A DNA stretch of 32,000 nt, taken from assembly GCA_963698035.1 (NCBI GenBank), contig OY969114.1:120001-152000 (forward strand), read 5' to 3'. This document shows, piece by piece, positions 16,548-23,642 of the stretch (positions within the stretch are counted from its first letter, which is position 1; the number at the start of each line of letters is the position of its first letter). The notes beneath the pieces were generated by a model. It ran no database searches and was not told the origin of the DNA. It was given only the letters and a program-made list of their open reading frames with translations. Position numbers and translations under genes: made by a program. Source of the DNA: Candidatus Saccharimonadota bacterium (GTDB lineage Archaea; Micrarchaeota; Micrarchaeia; Micrarchaeales; Micrarchaeaceae).

Positions 16548-17978
16548 ATGACTTTGGCCGAGGCTCCAAAAGCGGTTAGGGAGCGATTTGAAGAGCTTAA
16601 AAAGAGCTTTCCTTTCCCGATAGTGCTGAGGAGGATAAGTGGGAGGTACTACCTGTACAAGCAGATAGCGAAAAGAAACAGCAAGACGGGAAAGACAGAG
16701 ATTGTAGAGGCAAAGTACCTCGGCAAGATAACCGAGACGGGAGCTTTTGTGGCGAAGGGGCTGAAGAAGCCCGAGTACGACCTTGAGGTGGCGAAGAGTG
16801 TAATTCTATCGCACGGCGGGAAGGTGCTAATGCCCCAGGAGAACGAGGGAAGGACCTTGGAGAGCAACGGCCTGCAGCTCACAGAGGCGGAGCAGAAGAT
16901 CCTGACAAACCTATCGATGAACGCGAGAATGCCCATACCGATGCTTGCAAGGAAGCTGAACATGAAGGAGGATGCGGTAAGCGCGAGGATAAAGAAGCTG
17001 GAGAAACTTCTCGGAATAAACTATACTGCGCATATCAGACTACTAAACTTAGGCTTCCTCTATTTTGTAGTATTTATAAAATTTTTAGATACTCTGCCAG
17101 ACCCTCTAAAAGTAAAGGAGGAGATCGAGTCGGTACCAGAGGTGCAGTTCGCAGCCTTTACCAAAGGAGAATATGACATGTTTATTTACCTGATTGCAGA
17201 GAATACTGTGGATTTCCAATTGATAATTGAAGCCAAATTAAAAAGTATGAATTCGCTCAAAAATAAGTCTGCAAAATGGTATACCTCCTTATTTTATCCT
17301 ACCTATCAGATAATTCCGCTCAGGGATTCCTTTTTTACTGTGCTTGAAAAGAGGATTTGGCATAGAACAAGAGAGCAGCCGAGGCCTATTCCTGGTCAGA
17401 TGCTTCAAAGCGAGTATTTTGTTCTCAGGGAGCTCAATCGAGACGCATCTATGCCATTTGCAGAAATTGAAAGGAAAAATAATATGCCAAAAGGTAGTGC
17501 AAGATATATCTACGAAAGGCTCAGGGAGAAAGATGTTGTAGCGAACCTGACTCTAACTATGGATAACATTGGAATAAAGTATAATGCGCTAATCATGTTT
17601 GAGATACTAGAAGAAAATAAATTTAGAGAATCAAGAAAAGTATTTTTGGAATATATAATGGAGGAGAATCCGAACCACATCATCAATAAGTTTTCATTGG
17701 TTGGTGATATTTATGCACCCACGGGCACTTTATTAATGGCACCAATATTCCAAGATGGCCAATTAGGGTTCTTAGAAAAGGACTTAGAGAGAAATATAAA
17801 TGGTGGTAGAATATACTCAATTTCAATAACAGGTATACTGACAGGAAGACTACTTTATAGAAGATTTGATAACTTATACTCTGTTGCGTATGAAACTCTT
17901 GTAAGCCAATATAAAATGTTGCCTAAAAACAGAGAAGTGTATGAGGAACAAGAGCCTAGACCAGAAAAGGTACGCTGA
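16548..17978 (+). CDS. Multidomain transcription regulator: unknown N-terminal domain plus two tandem Lrp/AsnC-like (wHTH + RAM) modules
   Basis: 476 aa.
- Module 1: LTEAEQKILTNLSMNARMPIPMLARKLNMKEDAVSARIKKLEK, then LGFLYFVVFIKF...PEVQFAAFTKGEYDMFIYLIA.
- Module 2: SEYFVLRELNRDASMPFAEIERKNNMPKGSARYIYERLREKDVV, then IKYNALIMFEI....
- The N-terminal ~100 aa (RISGRYYLYKQIAKRNSKTGKTEIVEAKYLGKI) are unassigned. Confidence 0.6.
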   Translation: MTLAEAPKAVRERFEELKKSFPFPIVLRRISGRYYLYKQIAKRNSKTGKTEIVEAKYLGKITETGAFVAKGLKKPEYDLEVAKSVILSHGGKVLMPQENEGRTLESNGLQLTEAEQKILTNLSMNARMPIPMLARKLNMKEDAVSARIKKLEKLLGINYTAHIRLLNLGFLYFVVFIKFLDTLPDPLKVKEEIESVPEVQFAAFTKGEYDMFIYLIAENTVDFQLIIEAKLKSMNSLKNKSAKWYTSLFYPTYQIIPLRDSFFTVLEKRIWHRTREQPRPIPGQMLQSEYFVLRELNRDASMPFAEIERKNNMPKGSARYIYERLREKDVVANLTLTMDNIGIKYNALIMFEILEENKFRESRKVFLEYIMEENPNHIINKFSLVGDIYAPTGTLLMAPIFQDGQLGFLEKDLERNINGGRIYSISITGILTGRLLYRRFDNLYSVAYETLVSQYKMLPKNREVYEEQEPRPEKVR

Positions 17979-18239
17979 TATTTACTCAGCACACTAGCCG
18001 CTAGGTTCCTTGCCGCTACCACCTGGACTTCCTTTATCATCTTTCTTCTCCGGTTCTGTCATAACTTCACCTTTTACAATAAAGGTTAGAAATGGTGTTT
18101 TAAATAGCTTTCTGTGCGCATGTGGGAGAAACGTATTATTGCCGGCTGCCCTGCCCTCCTAGATGGTTCCCTCACCCTACAACCATAATACCATTTATAC
18201 TTTGACAAACAATATTAATAGATTATTAAGGTGCTATTG

Positions 18240-19445
18240 ATGCCTTTGGGGAGCGGGGGGAAAGAGGTTGGGCTGGATGAGCTTGAGCAGCTTCTCAACA
18301 GCGCTTTCGATTCCAAGATATCTGGGATAAACGCAAAAGCTTCCTCCCTCGTAAAGGGGATTGATGATGCAAAGGCGCTGCTGCTTCAGGCGTGCGACCA
18401 GTTCGACATGAACGAGGCTGCGCCCGACACGGAATACATGCGCATTGCGAATACCAAACAGATAAAGGAGCAGAAACCGCTCTACACGGCCGGACTGAGG
18501 CGCATAATCGGCTTGGAACGCCAGGCAGACGCGAAGAACCTCTACTCGTCATACTATTCGAGGCTGAGCTCTGCGCGGTCGATGATGGACGACATACTGA
18601 AGATAAACAACAAGTTCAGGCCTGTGCTGGAGGCGTATGCGAACCACCTGAGCAGGTTCAGGGCGGGGTTCAGCACAATGGGAAGATATGTGAAGGAGCT
18701 TAATGCGAGGCTCAGCTCGAGGGCGCAGGATTTCGACGAGTATAAGAGGGTGCTCGAGGAGATCGAGAAGATGAAAACATTCGACGACGAGCTCGCGTCA
18801 TTAGGTAAAATCTCAGCAGACATGGCTGACGGAAAAAGTGGCGACACTGTGGAGCAGGAGAAGGATGCGGAGGAGCTTACCAAGAGGCTGTCGGTGAAGA
18901 TGGCCGAGATAAACGAGATTGACAGGGCGATAGGAGACGTAAAGGCAAACATAATGCATATACTGTCACCCCTCGACAAGGCGGCAAGGAAGTACGAGCA
19001 CGGCCTCAGCTCAAAGATGTACCTCACCCACTACATGGAAGACCCTGTTGGAAGGCTGTCCGGAAGCGACGAGGCTATGAAGGAGTTTACAAAGCTGGTA
19101 TCCGCACTAAAGAAGGAGATTGAGGAGAGCAGGATAGTGGTGAAGAACAGGATAGAGGCGCTGCAGGCGATAGAGTTCATACTGAGGGGCGACATGCTGT
19201 CGTTCCTGAAGGAGATAGAGCTGCTCGAGGCGAAGAGGAGGCCCCTCGAGCGCGAGGCAGACAGCATAAGGAGCTTGATACGCGAGATAGACAGGGCACA
19301 AGCAGGGAAGAGGAAGAGTGCGATGGCGGCAGACGAGATAAGGGGCAGGCTTGAGAGGGTTGCAGCGGCGAGGGAGTCGGCAACTAGGAAGACAGAGGAG
19401 CTCCTTGAGAGGTACTACAAAATGCAGATCAAGATAGCCCTCTGA
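18240..19445 (+). CDS. Hypothetical coiled-coil protein (~400 aa)
   Basis: Long ORF (track start GTG 18231). ATG 18240 is preceded by aAGGTGctattg, an SD-like sequence. The protein is rich in E/K/R/L/A heptad-like segments and has no nucleotide-binding or catalytic motif that I recognise. Confidence 0.6.
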   Translation: MPLGSGGKEVGLDELEQLLNSAFDSKISGINAKASSLVKGIDDAKALLLQACDQFDMNEAAPDTEYMRIANTKQIKEQKPLYTAGLRRIIGLERQADAKNLYSSYYSRLSSARSMMDDILKINNKFRPVLEAYANHLSRFRAGFSTMGRYVKELNARLSSRAQDFDEYKRVLEEIEKMKTFDDELASLGKISADMADGKSGDTVEQEKDAEELTKRLSVKMAEINEIDRAIGDVKANIMHILSPLDKAARKYEHGLSSKMYLTHYMEDPVGRLSGSDEAMKEFTKLVSALKKEIEESRIVVKNRIEALQAIEFILRGDMLSFLKEIELLEAKRRPLEREADSIRSLIREIDRAQAGKRKSAMAADEIRGRLERVAAARESATRKTEELLERYYKMQIKIAL

Positions 19446-19492
19446 CGGCACGCAACCAATATAAGCCTTTATTAAGAATTAAGAGGGGTCAC

Positions 19493-20620
19493 ATGGCGGA
19501 CACAGCTTTCAAGGTCACACCGTGGAAGGTAGAGGGCAAGATAGATTACGAAGCGCTGGAGCGCCAGTTCGGGATAAAGCCGATAGGCGACGATCTCCTC
19601 AAGAGGATTGAGAATCGCACAGGCCCGCTGCACTGGCTCCTTAGGAGGAAGATAGTCTTCGCCCAGAGGGAGCTGGCCTGGCTCCTTGACGAGTACGAGA
19701 AGGGCAATAGATTTTACCTCTACACAGGGATCGCACCCACCGGCCCGATGCACCTGGGGCATCTCCTGCCATTCATGTTCACACGGTGGCTGCAGGAGAA
19801 GTTTGACGTTGAGGTGCTGATACAAATACCCGATGAGGAGAAATACTGGGCGAGGCAGAACCTTGGGATGGAGCTTGGTGAGTACCACAAGCTCGCAGAG
19901 GATGCAGCGTTGGACATAGCTGCGGTGGGATTCGACCCGAAGAAGACGAGGATATTCATCGACACAGACTATGCGAAGACCCTGTACAAGCAGGCCGTAA
20001 GGGTGGCAGGCCGCATAACCTTCTCAACGATAAAGGATGCGTTCGGAGTGGGTAATGATACGAACATAGGATGGATATTCTATACAAGCATGCAGGCAGT
20101 GCCTGCGTTCCTGAAGTCGGTCGAGGAGGGCAGGAATGTCCCATGCTTGATACCGCTGGGGGTCGACCAGGACGTACACTTCAGGATCGCAAGGGATGTT
20201 ATAGGAAAGCTGGGGTACTACAAGCCCGCGATAATGCACAATATGTTCCTGCCGTCGCTCAGCGGCGAGACGAAGATGTCGGCGAGCGAGAAGTTGAATA
20301 CCATATACCTGAATGATACCGAGCAGGAGGTCGTCAAGAAGGTGAACAGGGCGCTCACCGGGCAGCAGTCTACCGCAGAGCTGCAGAGGCTACATGGTGG
20401 CGACCCAGAGAAGTGCATGGTCTGCCAGTACTACAGGTTCCTATTCGAGCCTGACGACAAGAAATTAGAGAGGATCTTCGAGGCTGAGAGGAAGGGAAAG
20501 ATACTGGCAGGGGAGCACAAGGCAGACCTCGCTAAGAAGATAAACGCATTCCTCGAGGAGCACAGAAAGAAGAGGGAGAAAGCCGCCAAGAATATCGATA
20601 AGTTTATCATTAGGGATTAA
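19493..20620 (+). CDS. trpS: Tryptophan--tRNA ligase (archaeal/eukaryal type)
   Basis: 375 aa. VTPWKVEGKIDYEALERQFG is the N-terminal signature, YTGIAPTGPMHLGHLLPF is the HIGH region and KMSASE is the TrpRS variant of KMSKS. Confidence 0.85.
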   Translation: MADTAFKVTPWKVEGKIDYEALERQFGIKPIGDDLLKRIENRTGPLHWLLRRKIVFAQRELAWLLDEYEKGNRFYLYTGIAPTGPMHLGHLLPFMFTRWLQEKFDVEVLIQIPDEEKYWARQNLGMELGEYHKLAEDAALDIAAVGFDPKKTRIFIDTDYAKTLYKQAVRVAGRITFSTIKDAFGVGNDTNIGWIFYTSMQAVPAFLKSVEEGRNVPCLIPLGVDQDVHFRIARDVIGKLGYYKPAIMHNMFLPSLSGETKMSASEKLNTIYLNDTEQEVVKKVNRALTGQQSTAELQRLHGGDPEKCMVCQYYRFLFEPDDKKLERIFEAERKGKILAGEHKADLAKKINAFLEEHRKKREKAAKNIDKFIIRD

Positions 20621-20664
20621 CAAAAACGACCTTTAGGAAGATGTCCATTGTCCTTAAAGGCTAT

Positions 20665-20737
20665 TGGGGAGTCCGAGATTTGAACTCGGGTGTCCAGCTC
20701 CCAAAGCTGGAAGTCTACCAGGTTAGCGTAACTCCCC
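20665..20737 (-). tRNA. tRNA-Pro (anticodon UGG), with an atypical D-arm
   Basis: Reverse complement: GGGGAGT TA CGCTAACCTGGTAGACTT CCAGC TTTGGGA GCTGG ACAC CCGAG TTCAAAT CTCGG ACTCCCC A. The acceptor, anticodon and T arms are perfect and the anticodon is TGG. The D-stem pairs poorly (CGCT vs AGAC). Confidence 0.75.
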
Positions 20738-20838
20738 TAAAAATGATAAGGTAGCAAACTACTTTAAGGATATTAATAAATACTTTCTCTAAATATATCT
20801 ATCTGCCGGCTTATTTTGCTGCGTCTTTGGGGGTTATA

Positions 20839-21810
20839 ATGAACACGCTCGACCTGCCCTGGCAGGAGAAGTACAGACCGAAAAGCCTTTCGGAGGTGAT
20901 CGGCCAGAAGGTGATAGTGGAGAAGCTAGCCTCCTTTGTGAAGAAGGGCAACTTCCCGAGCATGATATTTGCAGGCAGCGCAGGCATAGGAAAGACCTCG
21001 TGCGCGCTCGCGATGGCGTACGACCTCTATTCGGACGACATGGGGAGCGCGTTCAAGGAACTCAACGCATCGGATGCCAGAGGCATAGACGTCATACGTG
21101 GCGAAGTTAAGGAGTTCGCCAAGACGCTGTCTATGGCAAAGGTTCCAGTGAAGATAATATTCCTTGACGAAGCAGATGCCCTTACCGCAGACGCGCAGCA
21201 TGCGCTGAGGAGGACGATGGAGAAGTACTCTGCGGGGACGCGCTTCATATTGAGCGCCAACTATGCGAGCAAGATAATAGAGCCCATACAGAGCAGGTGC
21301 GTGGTCTTCCGCTTCAAGCAGCTTGGCGAGCCCGAGATGAAGGAGTACATAGAGAGGATAGTTGAAGGGGAGAGGCTTCACATTGATGACAAGGCTGTGG
21401 AAGCCTTGATCTATGTGGGTGACGGGGACCTCAGGAAGATAAGCAACATATTGCAAAGTGCGGCGATACAGAACAGCAAGATAAACGAATCACACATTTA
21501 CGATATCGCTTCCAGGGCGCGGCCGAAGGAGATCTCATCGATGCTCAGGTGTGCGGTGGAAGGCGACTTCGAGAACGCGAGGAAGGAGCTCAACAACCTC
21601 AGCATATCGCACGGGATGAGCGCAGAGGACATACTCTCGCAGTGCTACAAGGAGGTGCAGGGGCTAAATGTGGATGAGAGAGCGAAGCTGAAGATTATTG
21701 TGGAGATGGGAGAGGCGAACTTCAGGATCGTTGAGGGCGCAGATGAGAGGATCCAGCTGGAGGCGATGTTGGCATCGGTTGCACTAATTGCAAAGGATTA
21801 TAAGAAGTAA
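20839..21810 (+). CDS. rfcS: Replication factor C small subunit
   Basis: PWQEKYRPKSLSEVIGQ (RFC box II), GSAGIGKTS (Walker A), IIFLDEADALT (DEAD box), ALRRTMEKY and SRC are all present. The track start is TTG 20827; ATG 20839, after a ttGGGGGttata sequence, is more likely. Confidence 0.9.
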   Translation: MNTLDLPWQEKYRPKSLSEVIGQKVIVEKLASFVKKGNFPSMIFAGSAGIGKTSCALAMAYDLYSDDMGSAFKELNASDARGIDVIRGEVKEFAKTLSMAKVPVKIIFLDEADALTADAQHALRRTMEKYSAGTRFILSANYASKIIEPIQSRCVVFRFKQLGEPEMKEYIERIVEGERLHIDDKAVEALIYVGDGDLRKISNILQSAAIQNSKINESHIYDIASRARPKEISSMLRCAVEGDFENARKELNNLSISHGMSAEDILSQCYKEVQGLNVDERAKLKIIVEMGEANFRIVEGADERIQLEAMLASVALIAKDYKK

Positions 21811-22506
21811 TTATTCCAATTTTACTTCCAGCGGCCCGGCATAGTCGGTCTCGGGGGCCTTTATGAAGAAGGTTACAAGGTAGCTGCTCGGCTCATTTAT
21901 CGTGAAGGGCAGCTTTGGCTCGGACTCCACGAACTCGAATGGCGCCCCTATGATAACCTTGTCTATCGCATCGCCGTAGCTCAGCGCCTTGTAGAGCTGT
22001 ATGCTGTTCTTGAATATTCCGCCTTTCGGCATGTTGAGTATAACGCCCGAATTCTCTATCTCCACGCTCTTCCTCTTTGTTGAAAGTATGACCTTGTTTA
22101 TCTGGACCTTTATCATGCTTGCCTCCTCGGAATTGAGCATCACAGTTATCGGACCGGAGTACGCATAATTGGGCCCGTCCACTGTTACAGTGAACTCCAT
22201 CTTCTCGCCGCTCGCTATTCTCCTAGGTACTGCAGGCTCCACCGAGACGAGCTTGAACGGATCAGACAGCTGTATCTCGTTTATCAGTATTGGGGGCTGC
22301 TCCTGCGCCCTGAACTTTTCCTTCAGCGCCTCGAAAGGCAGCGCATCCTGCGAGGTCTTGTTCTGGAACGGCACCTTTATCGTGAACCTGCTTTCTTTGG
22401 GGTGGAAGCCGTCTATCGCGTGCATCTGGCCGCGCCACCTAAGGTTTACGCTGGTTATGGTGATGGTACCCCTGTCCCCCTTTTTCTTGAATATGTTGAA
22501 GTTCAT
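21811..22506 (-). CDS. Hypothetical protein with an internally duplicated beta-rich domain
   Basis: 231 aa. Two segments share the pattern PF..V..EP..P..I....(n)..P...Y.GP..V.L: DPFKLVSVEPAVPRRI...GPNYAYSGPITVML and APFEFVESEPKLPFTI...APETDYAGPLEVKL. I could not assign a family. Confidence 0.55.
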   Translation of the reverse strand: MNFNIFKKKGDRGTITITSVNLRWRGQMHAIDGFHPKESRFTIKVPFQNKTSQDALPFEALKEKFRAQEQPPILINEIQLSDPFKLVSVEPAVPRRIASGEKMEFTVTVDGPNYAYSGPITVMLNSEEASMIKVQINKVILSTKRKSVEIENSGVILNMPKGGIFKNSIQLYKALSYGDAIDKVIIGAPFEFVESEPKLPFTINEPSSYLVTFFIKAPETDYAGPLEVKLE

Positions 22507-22589
22507 TTAATCAGCCAAAATAGGTAAAATAGAATTGGACAACGATATATAAAAGTCTAATGCGAATGATAAATGATTGGGGGGTTTCC

Positions 22590-23046
22590 ATGATAAAAGA
22601 GGGCTCGAAAGCACCAGATTTCAGGCTAAGAGGAGAGGATGGAAAGTTGCACAGCCTGAAGGATTTTAAGTCCAAGTATATGGTACTCTACTTTTATCCG
22701 AAGGACTTGACACCAGGATGCACGATACAGGCAATGACGTACTCGAAGAAGCTTGGCACCCTGAAGAAAGCTTGGAGCCGCTGTGGTCGGGGTGAGCAAG
22801 GACGACGTAATCCTGCACAAGAAGTTCAAGCAGAAGTGCAGGATAAAGTTCCCTCTGCTTTCCGACCCGACCAGCAAGACGATAAAGGCGTATGGCGCCT
22901 ATGGCGACAGGGGAATATTCGGAAGGGGAACGTTGAGGAACACCTACATAATCGGCAGGGGCAGGGTGCTCAAGATAGCGAAGAAGGTTGACCCATACAG
23001 AGATCCTTCGAACGCGATAGAATTCATAAAGAATAATCAGAGGTAG
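22590..23046 (+). CDS. bcp: Peroxiredoxin, Bcp-type (thiol peroxidase), interrupted by a single +1 frame change near 22772
   Basis: ORF 22560..22991 gives MIKEGSKAPDFRL...YMVLYFYPKDLTPGCTIQAMTYSKKLGTLKKA (the PxxxTxxC active site). ORF 22783..23046 continues in the next frame with (GAA)VVGVSKDDVILHKKFKQKCRIKFPLLSDP. Deleting one T of gcTTgg (22772/22773) joins them. Confidence 0.8.
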
Positions 23047-23261
23047 CCTAGCTCCCTAAGCCTCTTCTTTATCGCCTCAGCCTCATAGTTTGCCTTGCTC
23101 GAGGTGCCTTTCTCGCTCAGTACCGACCTCAGAAGAAAGGCTACGTAGCTCGATACAGAAGGAAAACCTGTGTCTTCTATGTGCCTTTCAGTCTTCTTGA
23201 AAAGAGTTGAGGGTATTGATATTGAGGTAAACTCAATCCTTTTCTCTCCCTTTTTCTTCAT
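23037..23261 (-). CDS. Ribbon-helix-helix (CopG/Arc-like) DNA-binding protein
   Basis: 74 aa. EFTSISIPSTLFKKTERHIEDTGFPSVSSYVAFLLRSVL fits the beta-strand/helix/helix RHH pattern. The C-terminal tail is ...AIKKRLRELGYL. Confidence 0.6.
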   Translation of the reverse strand: MKKKGEKRIEFTSISIPSTLFKKTERHIEDTGFPSVSSYVAFLLRSVLSEKGTSSKANYEAEAIKKRLRELGYL

Positions 23262-23298
23262 ATAATCAGATACTATTGGATAGCAAGCTTTTTATACC

Positions 23299-23314
23299 TA
23301 ATTATGCATAATTA
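23299..23314. promoter_or_regulatory. 16-bp perfect palindrome TAATTATGCATAATTA, candidate operator between the divergent RHH gene and the small-ORF/cysDN operon
   Basis: Read directly from the sequence; both halves are exact reverse complements. It lies just downstream of the TTTTTATAC box (23289-23297) on the operon side. Confidence 0.45.
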
Positions 23315-23339
23315 AATACCTTAATAATAAGGTGTTCTT

Positions 23340-23642
23340 ATGGTTGCGAAGAAGATTTCGGTTGTCGAGGCGCTCAACGCCCATCCAGACAAGGAGCACT
23401 GGGAGGCGTTCCGCAAGTACCTTTTGAAGAGCAAGGCGAAGTACTACAAGGCTTTCTTCCCGAAGAAGCTGAAGAGCAAGCAGGACATGAGGGAGGCCTA
23501 TGTAGTCATATATGACTCTAAGTACGTGCCGATGTTCAAGATACCGATAACAATGACTGCTGGGGGAAAATTGCAGGGCGCGACGATATACTTCAAGGAG
23601 CTGCTCAACACTAACAAGGACTACAAGGAGTGGATAGCATGA
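23340..23642 (+). CDS. Hypothetical Lys-rich 100-aa protein, first gene of the cysDN-like operon
   Basis: An SD-like AGGTG lies 6 nt upstream of the ATG. The 3' end overlaps the CysD-like start by 13 nt. I recognise no motif. Confidence 0.5.
   Translation: MVAKKISVVEALNAHPDKEHWEAFRKYLLKSKAKYYKAFFPKKLKSKQDMREAYVVIYDSKYVPMFKIPITMTAGGKLQGATIYFKELLNTNKDYKEWIA

Noticed and set aside
17994-18062. A 22-codon - strand mini-ORF (MTEPEKKDDKGSPGGSGKEPSG) preceded by an SD-like aaaGGTGaagtt.
   Set aside because: It is very short, of low complexity, and has no support other than the SD-like sequence. It cannot be distinguished from chance without expression or conservation data.
20628-20662. Imperfect inverted repeat (CCTTTAGGA...TCCTTAAAGG) between the trpS stop and the 3' end of tRNA-Pro, considered as a bidirectional terminator.
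   Set aside because: The stem needs a bulge, there is no adjacent T-run on either strand, and archaeal termination does not depend on hairpins. I left it unannotated.
22768-22773. A HindIII site (AAGCTT) coinciding with the bcp frameshift, considered as a possible cloning-junction artefact.
   Set aside because: AAGCTT occurs repeatedly elsewhere in the window (for example around 7551, 10298 and 23285) with no associated defect, so this is most likely coincidence.
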